Origin: Epiperipatus broadwayi | Taxonomy: Eukaryota; Animalia; Onychophora | Assembly: GCA_028023455.1 (NCBI GenBank) | Contig: JAQFVV010000002.1 | Span: 5,580,001-5,644,000 of the forward strand | DNA length: 64,000 bases | Direction: 5' to 3' | Shown here: positions 40,010 to 52,227 of the stretch, in pieces | How the letters are laid out: each line of letters begins with the position of its first letter | Position numbering within the stretch: the first letter of the stretch is position 1 | The notes under the pieces: model-generated | The model's database searches: none | Told to the model about the DNA's origin: nothing | The model's input: only the letters and a program-made list of their open reading frames with translations | Translations under genes and position numbers: made by a program

Positions 40010-42432
40010 ATAATTTTATAATTTGTAATATTTATTGCTTATATATATATGTATTTTTAAACATATTTGACTATTGTATACTTGAAGTGCAACATAAAAA
40101 AGAATTGGTTTTAATTCTGATTCTTTTTTTGTATAGTAATATAATAAACAAAGATGCAAACAATATATTATAAAGCTTGAAATTATAAAATTATTTTTTT
40201 AAATCAATTATAATAGTATTCACATTACACAGAAATATTACAATAAAAATCATAAATTACATTTAAAATAATTCTAATGAGAAGAATGAACCTGAGATAT
40301 TGATATCAATTTATTAATGTTTTGTTCTATTTTTATAGCCTCATTATTAAAAGAAATTGACTATAAATAGCTAATCAGTGTGATTTAAGAAAATCACAAT
40401 GATTAGCTATTTGTAGTCAATTTATTTTTTTGCTTAACAGATTTGTCACCACACTAAAATTATATTCCACAAAATATAGTGAAACAAATGAAATTAAAAT
40501 TTTTTGTATTATAATTCATAATCAATTATCGGTTTTTGGCTGATTAACCCATCTTTAAATTTAATTTCAATTGCTGATTTGCCATTAGTTCTATCACTTT
40601 TTCTTATAATTTTTAAGTTTTTTCTGTGTTTGTATTTGAAAATAGGTAAGAAATTTATTGGACATATGCATTTTTAAGAATATCTTCAAATTACTGGTTA
40701 AAGTCAAAATGGAGAGTCTCCAAGTAGAGACAATAATAAGCAAGTCTTCATTATGTTTTTCTAATGTAAATAAATGTAGAAACTTGCTGAATTCCCCATA
40801 TCCTATATTTCTCTTACATAAAATTTTTACTACAAATGAGAAAATAATACTTTTGTTTTGATTAAACTCAGTTTACTGCTTTGAAGCGGTAGGTTTGATT
40901 CATTAAATTGACTACATAAGACTGTCAAAAATCCATGTCGGGTTCAAAATCAATAGCAGACACTGATTGAGTCAATGAATTTATAAATGGACACCTTTTG
41001 ATAGTCAATGAACTTTGACTGAAGCAAATTAAGTAATTAAATTAATTATCATTTTCAATATAAAGTTTTCCAGACAATCTGTCATTCTATAAGTTGCTTT
41101 TGATTTTGTTGATTGCTTTAAGAATACAATAACTTATGTAGATATTCACTCAGATTTTTGGCAACTAAATATTCACAAGTGAATACTTACAGAAATGCTC
41201 TTTGTAAATATACATACAATCCAGCCCCCCCCCCCTCACAATTCTAACTAAGATATATTCAGGAGATGTCTTTTTGTTTAATTAAAAAACTTATAATGCA
41301 TAAAATATCAATTCATCTATAATATAAGTTTGCAAAAGGCACATAAAAATGCTTGGAAATTTTTTTCTTTTATGAATCATATATATGCTAAAAATTAAGG
41401 CTTTATTGGCCAGAAAAATATTGGCTCAATCTCTATACAGAATTGGTATGTTTTAAATTCTTATATTACTGAAAAATCATATAGCATAGTGCATTTTATC
41501 TTACTCATAGCTGGTAGAATTAATTCCTCATCAATAATATATAATTTCCTAACTGAGTGATCAGTAATGAAATATTGCAAGAAATGTGCAACTTATTGTC
41601 ATTTTGTTTATATGCCAATGAAAAACTTTTTGAGAAAGTCAACTTTCTCAAACATTTTTCTTTGACTGATTAAATATAAGATAAATCTTTGACTTTCTTA
41701 TCAATATAAAATTTTGTCAAGCATTACAATTTCATTTGATAGAACTTTTTGGCAAATCAGCAACACTGTCAGTATATTGACTGCAGGCACCCAAACAAAG
41801 CCATAGTTCAAATTATTCAATACTATATTCTTAATAACTTTTTTCTTAAGTCAGCCATAATTAATTATCCGTAAAAAAAGAGTAAACTTTATGTATATAT
41901 TTATCCTAATAGGAGTATAAAATTACCAAGAAATGTAAGAATTTATATAATTGAAAAGCTACAATTTCTTTTGCTGAAATGAAAACTGTTTACAATAGTA
42001 GCAGAACCCATGATATACTACGTACACAGAGGATTTTGCATAAGACAGCAATGGTAAAAAAAAAATAATGAAACTAATAAATTGGGACTTGTTATTTGCT
42101 CAGTATTAGTTATATATATATGACATTAAATTGTCAAATATCAAATTAACTTTATCAAGAAATAATTTTAACAAATACATTAATACACAAAAAAATATGT
42201 TAATAGTTTTAAATTATCTTATCCTTGTTTAAATAATTTTTCCTTACTAACACACATTTTACGAATTAACATAGACAGATCAGTAGATATTAATAAATAT
42301 AATAATTAATAGTCTATTTATGATTCCATTTCCCTAAAGTAATAAAAAATATGACAAATATATTGACTATTTCAACAAAGTACTGACATAAGTCTGCTAC
42401 AATTTTACACTAGAAGACACAGAAATTTATAT

Positions 42433-43149
42433 TAAATAAGATATTTATTTTATATAGCGAGATGTTTTTAAACTGTAATAATAATTAGCATTAAGCTAAT
42501 GCACGTGCGCTTTGGGGATTTAACTATAAATAAATACTCTCATTTTTTCAAACACAAGATAAAGTCTTTGTGAAAAGATAGGATGAATCCATCTATCCTT
42601 TCAACCCAATGTTTAAGTAAGGGTAAATCTTAAGTATTTAAAAATGAGAGTGTGAAGATATTAACAATCACTTTAAATTACCTTTACTATGTCTGAATGA
42701 ATGATGCTTGCAAAATTTACTAGAATTTAAAATATGTCATTCTTAGTTGAAATTAAACATATATAAATAAGATATTTATTTTATATAGCATGATGTTTTT
42801 AAACTGTAATAATAATTAGCATTAAGCTAATACACATGTGTTTTTGGGATTTAACTATAAATGAATACCCTCATTTTTTCAAACACAAGATAAAGTCTTT
42901 GTGAAAAAATAGGATGAATCCATCTATACTTTCAACACAAACGTTTAAGTATGGGCAAACTTTTAAGTATTTGGAAATGAGAGTGTGAAGATATTAACAA
43001 TCACTTTAAATTACCTTTACTATGTCTGAATGAATGGCGTTTTCAAAATTTACTAGAATTTACGGTACGTCATTCTTAGTTGAAATTAAACATGTAAATA
43101 AAATATTTATTTTATATAGCGCGAAGTTTTTAAACTGTAATAATAATTA
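42433..43149 (+). repeat. 331-bp tandem repeat, ~2.2 copies
   Basis: The unit start taaataa(g/a)atatttattttatatagc occurs at 42433, 42764 and 43095. Confidence 0.92.
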
Positions 43150-44849
43150 TCCAGCAAAAGCACAATAATTAATGAGAGATTGATGAGTGTGTTTCATAAG
43201 CATAATTTTCCATCATAAACTAACCTTAGCATGAGGTTTGGTATGCTAACAATGTTTGTTGTTGCTTGTCCAATTCATTTTTTTTCCATAAGGGAGATTG
43301 TGACCTACCAGATTGACACCATGAAGGACTGTGGGAAGTTTACATTGTGCCAATAGTGGTTAGGGGTACTTAATAAAAAAAAGGAATGAATTGTGATATA
43401 ACTTAATGTATAATTCGGTTGAAAAGCTCTTAGGAATGTTAGTTGGAGTGTACCAATCATTAAATTTTTTTTTGTATATCAAATAGCAGGAAAGGAGAAT
43501 AAATTGTATCAGTAGTTGTTGATATAAAAGCTAAACTAGGGAATGACTATTGTTTGTCTGTAAGGTCCTGATGAGTGCTTATTCATTAATTTTCTAATCT
43601 ACTGTTTATTGCCATTCCAAGATCTAAGTTGTATATGTGGGTGCAGGTCCATGCCACATTTCACACCTCATTCATATTTCTACTTATCACTCAGAATATC
43701 CATCTTGCAATAACATTATTTATTTTGCCATAAATATTGCTAATAGCTCAGTCATTAATAGACCTCTGGATAAATGGACAGACAGATGTACACACACACA
43801 CACAATCAACTAATATGATTTTTTTTTAGTTATTTGTTGCATAAAATCTTTCATTTGAAAATGTAAAAGTTACTTACTTCATTTATTATTAGGAAGTATT
43901 TGTAATTTAATATACATATTTCAATACCCTATTCTTAACACTTTTTATCTTACAAGTAATAAATTCTTGCATATTGTTGGCCTCATTATAACTATAAAAA
44001 AAAAAGGAGGCATGGCTAAGTAGATGAGGACTTCAGAAAAAGTTTTAGAGAAGGTGAAATACTTTTCTAAAAAAAAAAAGGCAGTAAAAAATAATTTATA
44101 TAATAAAACAAGTGAACCTAATATTTTCATTAAATTCTCTTCTATTCCCTTTATTAAGTAAACTTCTCTCATACTACTCAAGCGTAAATGCCAACGTGTA
44201 ATTGTGAAGGACACATGATAGGATTGTTCAATATGGAAGGCTAAACTTTTAAAGGTACACCAGCTCCAGCTTTTATCGACTAACAACTTGAATTTACTTT
44301 TATTCGAAATGCATGGATATTATATAAAAAAATTGCTAATACAATTTTGCTATAACTTACTTATAATGAATAGTGTTATATTGGAAGAACGTAAATTAAC
44401 AATACTGATAATAATTGGGAAAGTTATGCTGAATTGTTTAAAGAAATATTTTATCGACTCTCATTTGATAAGTCTTCTATTTTTATTGTGTAAAATGAGG
44501 CTGAAACGAAAAAATTATTCATTCTAATGCTTTACATTATTAAAATAGCTATGTATACCAAATTACCTTACCATTCACACCTATAAATGAGTGAGTGAAT
44601 GCATGACTTAATGATATTTGATAATTATTTTATCAGAAATGTGTATAAGCATGGATGACCAAATAACCCTGATCTTAATTGTTATTAAATTTTATTAAAT
44701 ACTGGAAATTTTAAATGGAACAAAGTTGAAAATAGCATGAATCATAAAACATTTATTTGGATGATCATGCTGAGCTTTGGAGATTCTATGACAAATAAAT
44801 TGTCAAATATGTGCAAAAGCTGCTTGTAATGTCCATTAGGAAGCCCTAA

Positions 44850-46200
44850 GAACATTGGAGATTATTGCTGTTTGCAAATTCATGTTTATCCTGCTGGAGT
44901 AATGTTTATATGTTTTAATGTTTGTTTATCGATCATTACCATCATGAACTACGTGTACATTTCTACTCTTAAAATTTCAAGTGTGAACTTTAAAAAAAAA
45001 GGAAACTTTTATTTTAATGATAGAAGGTTTGACATGCATTTCTTCCCATTGCATATGATAGAAAGATATATTTTCTTTTATGTTTAGTTTGATATTAACT
45101 TGATTTATTATTATTGTTATGTATTTATATCCCTAATCTCCTCTAGAATGTCTCGGAGATTTTGGTATAAATTATATCAAACCGGTAATATTTTCTTTTG
45201 TTGTATTATGTAAAAATGTTATATTCCTGTGTTCATATTATTGGTTCAAATGGAATGCTTTATCATTATTCATTAGTTAGTAACGATAAATAGATACATG
45301 GAAATATTTATGTCCATATTGCCGAATGGTCAGGCTTACTTGATAGTATTTATGTTAATTTGAAAGTTGGTGTTGATAATTTTTCATAGGTATTAGATTC
45401 ATTTATAATTTAATTAATGCTAATATAACATTTTATTGTCTGACATGATTTCAAAAATATTCCATACATGATCATATATTCGCTGTCATAAGCTATTTTA
45501 TAAGAGTTAGATTTATGCTTATTTGTTTTTCTATCACTTTCGGTTGGTGCTATGCGTTAAAGAGTGTGAAAATTTAAGAGTTTATCAGTTTATGGATTTG
45601 TCTTATATAAAAGGTGTTAAATACCTTTTGAGTGAAGAGGCGATTGAAGGGGCAGATCATGCTATTCGGATTGAGTAACGCTCCCTTTAGTTACTTACCT
45701 ATTGAGCCGTGGTGTATATTTCCTTATTTGATAGAATATGATGCGATAATTATATTCCTTAAAGTGAAGTGGTAGATGCCCCCATTTATACATAAGTTGG
45801 CTGGGTTACATACCATTTGTATCAGAAGAGGTGGTACCTATTATGTTGATGAATTAAGTTGATGTTTGGAGTCCTGTTAACCCTCACATGCCCATATGTG
45901 AATATTTATTTGTTAGTATTTAGCTCTCCCTTTTCATTCCACATAATTATCGTCATGTAGTATATGTTAGTTATTTCAGATAAATGTTAGTGATTTCTGT
46001 AATATAGTTGAAGTTGAATTAATAATTTAATGATTGGCTCATTGTACCATCCATATTATGAAGTTTATTCATTCTGCAAGTAAACCAATAGAAAATATAA
46101 TCAATAAATGCGTTGTGATTGTGAATTTATAAATGCGCACACATTCGGATATATGATAAACATAAAGATATGGAGGGAGACCATCGCTGGAATTGTAAGT
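44850..46200 (-). mobile_element. Decayed Penelope-like element relic
   Basis: Minus strand LYKTNP*TDKLLNFH (45563-45610) resembles the PLE thumb motif VYRKPTHTDRYLNF; many stops. Boundaries are approximate. Confidence 0.4.
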
Positions 46201-46297
46201 TCTAAGTAGCTTGTCAAATCATATCACCCACATTATCATTATTTCATTTATTATTATTACTGGCAGTTCACTCATCCGGTATGAATGTAATATGGGA

Positions 46298-46815
46298 TTA
46301 AGCCAATAAACATCACATGACCATCACTTCTTATGCTTGCTTAAAACTGTTTTAAAACAGGCAAAACTCACTATACATATTGCCACACACAGCAAGCTAG
46401 AGTAATCAATGGATGCCAGAAGGTTTGTGCATAAAATCCCCATCTAGTACCTACTTATTCAATATCCCCAGACTAGTTCCTGGCTTATGGCCTTTGTCAG
46501 TGAAATCCTTGGATCTGAGAGCACTGCACCTAGATCTTAGGATCTAATGCAACCTCTAGCAACCACCATTTAGTTCCACTTAACTACAAAACTATGAGTC
46601 TTAAACTGAAAACAAAATCCAAGCTCATTAGCTTATATAGTCATATGGGTCTAAACTCAGTTCAGTATCCATACATTTTGGTGTCTTTGGTTCTTTAAAA
46701 ACCATAGCCACGCCTCTACCCTATTAGGCAGGATTGCTTTTAAGCCAATAAACATCACATGACTACCACTTCTTATGCTTGCTTATAACTGTTTAAAAGC
46801 AGGCAAAACTCTCTA
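46298..46815 (-). repeat. ~455-nt monomer family, ~1.15 head-to-tail copies
   Basis: ttaagccaataaacatcacatgac...cttcttatgcttgctta...caggcaaaactc occurs at ~46298-46372 and again at ~46740-46812. The body is the reverse complement of 50074-50585. Confidence 0.88.
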
Positions 46816-47379
46816 CACGTTGTAACAGTCAAGTTTGTACATTCGCATAACAGAATTCAGAATCCAAGCAAAAGAGACCGAAGCTGACCAGACTAGGACT
46901 GTGACATCCCAAGTCCGACCACACTTCAACTCATAAGCCAGTACTCCAAGACTCAAGACCCTAAAGAATGACCACCTTGAAATTACACATAGCATACTCC
47001 TTTATTCGCGGCCGACATAGGTCAGGGAGAAACAATGAGACTCATAATTAAATTACAAATTGATCGTAACTAACGAATAGCTAACTTAATGGAGACCTTT
47101 AATAATGCATATTCTATAACATAATGAGAATTGGATTGAATAATGAAACTGAGAGTGGACTAGGTTAATTTACTAAAGTTTAATTTCTTCAATAATAAGT
47201 TTTATCTAAGATATATATATACAAATTTTACACATGTAAAAATGCACACAGGCATTTAATGGCTGAAGAGTTTGGACAGATTCTTTGGTAAGATTAATAA
47301 ATAAATTTACATTTTAAATAAGATGAACGCAGAAGTTATTCATCTTACAATTTGTATACAACTATTTTACGAATTTATA

Positions 47380-50058
47380 TTTAATCAATGCACGCAGGCA
47401 TTTAAATAAATAGCTTATCACTACGCCATGTCTATCGTGTACGCCATGTCTATCGTGTAACATATGTGGACTCCTCTTAATGTGTGGCTGAATACTAATA
47501 ATTAAACTAAACCTTGGTCAACACTTACGGTAGATGTTTTTCGTCTGTTTATATTTATTTATTGAACCTAAATAGGGCTGCAATAACTTAGATTGACCGG
47601 ACTTTTAAGACTATCTCAGCCAATTGCTGAAAGAACTAAAATAGGGAGGTAGAGTTGGCTGCTCTGATGTACTAATGCACTATATCACCAGCAATACAAT
47701 AATAAAGTCGCTCTGTGGATGGATTGGTAGATCTCAAGGGTTTCTGTGACCAACGCCAATACCCTGAAAACCGATCCTTAAGCTGCATAAAAAGGAACAA
47801 ATAGTTCAGAAAGGCAGGGGACTTACGTGCTAACATGGCCTTAAACTCAGGCTTCGTGACTGCTCTACCCTATGAGAGGAAGACGTGCTGGCTTAACCGA
47901 GGCTACATCTTATTTACGTAAATATACGTGGCAGCAAAACGAGAAAAATATTAAATTGAATGAATCACATCCGCCAAGAAAAGCATTTGTAAAATTTATA
48001 TTCTATAGGCAAGAACATTAATCAAGTAGAAGCCAACTTTTAGGTAGCATGATAAAATATATGCTATAGACGGGAATAATTACAGATAATCTTTGCTGTT
48101 CCAGCTAATTCTAATTTGTTATTGATCAACTGACAAGTATTTAAAAGGAGGGAAAAGTATATTTGATGGGGTTTAATAAATAACTTAAAAAGCAAATATA
48201 CTTATAAATATTTATCAAGGTTAGTCTATTTCTTAGTATTTAAAATTTAAACCGCATTAAAACAAGACACATTGCAAAAATTTACAATCAAACAATTATC
48301 AAAAAAAATATTAAATAATAACGAGCGAGTCGTTACTATTTTCTTAAGAGGGTTTCGAAACAGAGCACAGAAATAAGATTATAAATAATTACGTGAAGAG
48401 GTTTTAATTAATCTCTTCTTGAAATATTAAAATTTAGAAGAGGTTTTAATTAATCTCTTCTTGAAATATTAAAATTTAGTATTCGCTGTTTCGAAGCATC
48501 AGCATATCATAAAGAAAATATAACAAATACTAAAAACTATGTGATAAAAAAAATAACTAGAGACATGACTGCAGTGATAGCTTAAAGTAGAAACATTAAT
48601 TAATTTCTTAAGGAAGGACATTTTAAAAGCAGGTGAATCATTTTTAAAACAATAAAAGAAAAGCTTTAACATTAAAAATATATTGAGTGGTTAGTTAGCT
48701 AACTAGAATTCAAAAGGGTAGTTTGAAATTAAAATTAAAATATATGGAAAATATACAGAAAATATACAGAGCTCTGCAGTTTAAAGTGATTTACCGGTAT
48801 TATTAGGTGCTTGAGCTGGAACTTGGTGAGTTTCCTGGGCGGCTTGCGGCATGCTCTTCTTTTACGGGTGGTCTGTAAATATTATAGCAGCATTCTTTTT
48901 TTTAAGTTAGATGGTAAATATTATAGCGGCATTCTTCTTCTTTTCGGTTAGGTTGTAGATGTTATAGCGGCATTTTACTTATACCCGGTGTCGGATGAAA
49001 ACGAACCCGTCGCCTCCTTACGGAGTGACAGCCAAGACGGCCAAACTAGCTGGACATCTCAGTTCAAAACTAGATTTGATTTTTTTTTATATAAAATGCA
49101 CTTCAAAATGGAGTCTCCTCTCAGTATATAAATCTGTCAGTTCTCCATATTATATCTCAGCCAGTTCTTCCCGCTCAAAATATGGCCCATTTATACCTTT
49201 TTCTTATCAGCTTAACACCTTTAGGAATTTTTCTTTGCTTCATGATTACATTTTTTTAATTAATTTTGTTAACATACAATCTGCTTTCAAATATGCTGAT
49301 AAGTTTCTGAGGTGTTATAACTTTTACTTAATTCCGTTTTAATTAAATTCTAAAAACATGTAGTTTTGATCTTAAATATTTGATAAACTATTAAAGTATT
49401 TCAGTTATAACTTTTATGGTTATTTTATAAAACTATTTTGCCATAAACAATTTTAATCCAAAAATAACTTAAATGTTTATATCTGACACAATTTCGATTA
49501 TCCAGATTTTAAAATGACTTTTTAATTTTACCAAAGATAGGTGCGGTCACTAATTAAATACTTGTTTACGACAGAATCTGTTTCTAACCAACTTTTAATT
49601 CTCAGAAGAAAAAAAATCTTAATTTTTAAAGAAGACTTCTCAGCACATTTTAAAATATTCTCATCTTTTACCATTTTAAATATATAACACATTTTAATGT
49701 TTTAAATTACGCCACCCCTATATACATTACAAATATAGGTTGGATTATATATCCACATACGAATTAAAATAATAAATTTATTAATAAATTGAACCTTATC
49801 ATTATTTAACATAATAAAAGTAATTTTTTTAAATAAACATGATATTAATAATAATAATATGCTATAATTCTATCAAACCTATCTAATTATAGCGTTCTTT
49901 CGTATGTAAATATATAATGCTGTTCAGACAGCCATGACAGCAAATTGTAGTTTTATTTTACATATTATAGTTTAAATGAGATTCGAATCTAACACAGACG
50001 AATGGGCTACTAGATTGATGATGAAACGGCAAGGGATTAGGAGGTTCCCGTTTCAACG
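47380..50058 (+). repeat. Left arm of an old ~2.7-kb inverted duplication
   Basis: Collinear reverse-complement matches to ~52228-56010, e.g. tagggaggtagagttggct/agccaactctacctcccta, gccaact...tagcatg, taaaaggagg(g)aaagtatattt, cagagctctgca, aggtgc(g/a)gtcactaatt, tccacatacgaat, cagacga(a/g)t.ggc.a.tag.ttgatg.tgaa.cgg.aagggatt. Confidence 0.82.
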
Positions 50059-50073
50059 TATTGCCACACACAG

Positions 50074-50585
50074 TAAGCCAGAAACTAGTCTGAGGATATT
50101 GGATGAGTAGGCACTAGAGGGGAATTTTATGCACAAGCCTTCTGGCATCCATTGACTACTCTAGCTTGCTGTGTGTAGCAATACATATAGTGAGTTTTGC
50201 CTGTTTTAAAAGTTATAAGCAAGCATAATAAGTGGTGGTCATGTGATGTTTATTGGCTTAAAACCAATCCTGCCTAATAGGATAGAGGTGGCCATGGTTA
50301 TTAAAGAACCAAAGACACTAAAATGTAAGGATACTGAACTGAGTTCAGACCCATATAATTATATAAGCTAATGAGTTTGGATTGGAGACATTAAGGTGTT
50401 TTCAGTTTAAGACTCATAGTTTTGTAGTTAAGTGGAGCTAAAAGGTGGCTGCTAGAGGGTTGCATTAGAGCCTAAGATCCTGAGTAGGCACTAGATGGGG
50501 ATTGTATACACAAGCCTTCTGGAATCCATTGATTACTCTAGCTTGCTGTGTGTGGCAATACATATAGTGAGTTTTGCCTGTTTTA
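50074..50585 (+). repeat. ~455-nt monomer family, ~1.3 copies with an internal ~80-nt deletion and a different start point
   Basis: gagtaggcactaga...cacaagccttctgg.atccattga.tactctagcttgctgtgtgt.gcaatacatatagtgagttttgcctgtttt occurs at ~50104-50206 and ~50482-50585. An inverted 15-nt piece (tattgccacacacag, 50059-50073) sits at the 5' junction. Confidence 0.88.
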
Positions 50586-50849
50586 ATATTGGATTACAAA
50601 ATTTTACTTTATTTAATACTAATTTTAATAAAATTATTACTTAATTTTATATAGTAAGTATAAATTTATGGACATTCAGAAATAATTTCAATAGCTTTAG
50701 TTGATTATTTGATACCGCTTTTCTTAGTTCACTGAGAGCACAGAATAAGAATAGATGATATAAACATTGGTACGTAAAGATATAATTATTTTGTATTGTT
50801 AATAGTTTAATAAATAGAGGTAAATGATATTGAAATAACAGATAAGAGG

Positions 50850-51720
50850 AAGAGCCTCCAAATATTAAGTGTATAGGATTTATGTAAATTAAATGTTATT
50901 AGTCAAGATTGTAGTCAATGCAAAATTAATGTTAAAATATCATAGATGTGTTTGTAAAAGAATGTGTCTTGTAATAAATGTTTGTTGAAGTAAGATTCCC
51001 TCTGAATTATTTTTCCGTGTACGCTCGATTGACCATTTCCACACACATATACGTTCAACAGAATATAATTATAATACTTGTCAGTTAAATATTATATGCA
51101 ATCTATCTAGATAACATTGAATTAACTGATCCAAACATTGTATAATATATAGATTTTACCTTGTTTAAAATAGATACTGATTCATGATAAAAATGCACCC
51201 CATCTCTATCTTTATCTGTCCTTTATTTCATTGTCTGAATTATTAATTTCACAATAGTTCCTCATTACTTAATTATCATCTTATAATAAGATTGACTTAT
51301 TGTTCATATAATAGAACCCTGAGATTATTTCATCATTTAAATAAACATTGGTATAGCTGTGTAATCTAAATCAAATGTCTGTAGATTAATTATTGTTACA
51401 GTGATTTCCAAACATATTAGATGAATGGTGTGATTGGTCTGGCATGTAGTTGGATGGTGGGATAATTGAACATATCATGATTCTTGATTTAATCCACAAA
51501 TTGCTTTGTTTTGATAACTTAAGTAAATACTTATAATATAATTAAATAAACATTATATAATTATTGTTTATAAATGTTTCTCTCATCCCATTTGCATACT
51601 AAATAACCACGAGACCCTATAATCCCCAACTCAGCTAAGCTGTAGATTAATACTATAATAAGAGTCTTACCCATAATTAGAGGTGCAACCTAAATTATAA
51701 AATTTATTATATCTTGTATA
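50850..51720 (-). mobile_element. Possible very old Penelope-like RT relic
   Basis: Only weak collinear minus-strand motif echoes (PR..FY..., D.FNYPTI, KIEMG, YLDR). Confidence 0.22.
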
Positions 51721-51747
51721 GAATTGGCGTCTAGGCATATGAGAGTT

Positions 51748-52221
51748 ATTGTTAATATCTTTACACTCTCATTTCCAAATATTTAAGATTTGCCCATACT
51801 TAAATGTTTGGGTTGAAAGGATAGATGGATTCATCATATATTTTCACAAAGACTTTATCTTGTGTTTGAAAAAATTGAGAGTATTCATTTATAGTTAAAT
51901 CCACAAAGCGTATGTGCATTAGCTTAATGCTAATTATTATTACAGTTTAAAAACATTGCGCTATATAAAATAAATATCTTATTTACATATAAAATAATTA
52001 TCTTATTTACTTATGTTTAATTTCAACCAAGAATGATGTATCGTAAATTCTAGTACATTTCGCAAGCGTCATTCATTCAGACATAGCAAAGGTAATTTAA
52101 AGTGATTGTTAATATCTTCCTACTCTCATTTCCAAATACTTAAAAAGGATAGATGGATTCATCCTATTTTTTCACAAAAACTTTATCTTGTGTTTGAAAA
52201 AATCAGAGTATTCATTTATAG
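51748..52221 (-). repeat. 331-bp repeat family, ~1.5 units in inverted orientation
   Basis: Reverse complement of the 42433-43149 unit (tttcacaaagactttatcttgtgtttgaaaaa, gcattagcttaatgctaattattattacagtttaaaaac). Confidence 0.9.
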
Positions 52222-52227
52222 TATTAA

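Larger units (their letters stand above)
38286..40180 (+). mobile_element. 5'-truncated Penelope-like element (PLE) with inverted 5' duplication and 3' hammerhead-containing region
   Basis: PLE-type RT plus GIY-YIG ORF; 38286-38457 is the reverse complement of ~38581-38760; a hammerhead fold lies 170 nt after the stop. The 3' boundary is approximate. Confidence 0.93.

Noticed and set aside
42433-43149. Regularly spaced repeats as a CRISPR-like array
   Set aside because: Whole 331-bp units repeat with no unique spacers, and the context is eukaryotic.
44572-44580. 9-nt microexon tttatag|GTGTGAATG|gtaagg on the PDE strand
   Set aside because: Expected by chance in 36 kb of AT-rich intron; no supporting evidence.
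46595-46620. CTATGAGTCTTAAACTGAAAAC resembling CTGATGAGTC..GACGAAAC in the 455-nt family
   Set aside because: Three indels are needed to reach the core, and the same non-canonical sequence is in both copies, so it is not a decayed canonical hammerhead.
50015-50060. Hammerhead-like TTGATGA-T-GAAACGG...CCGTTTC-AACGT
   Set aside because: It lacks the GAAA after stem II, has U3 with G8 and has no stem I pairing; the paralogous arm has TTGATGG. Kept only as a conserved hairpin.
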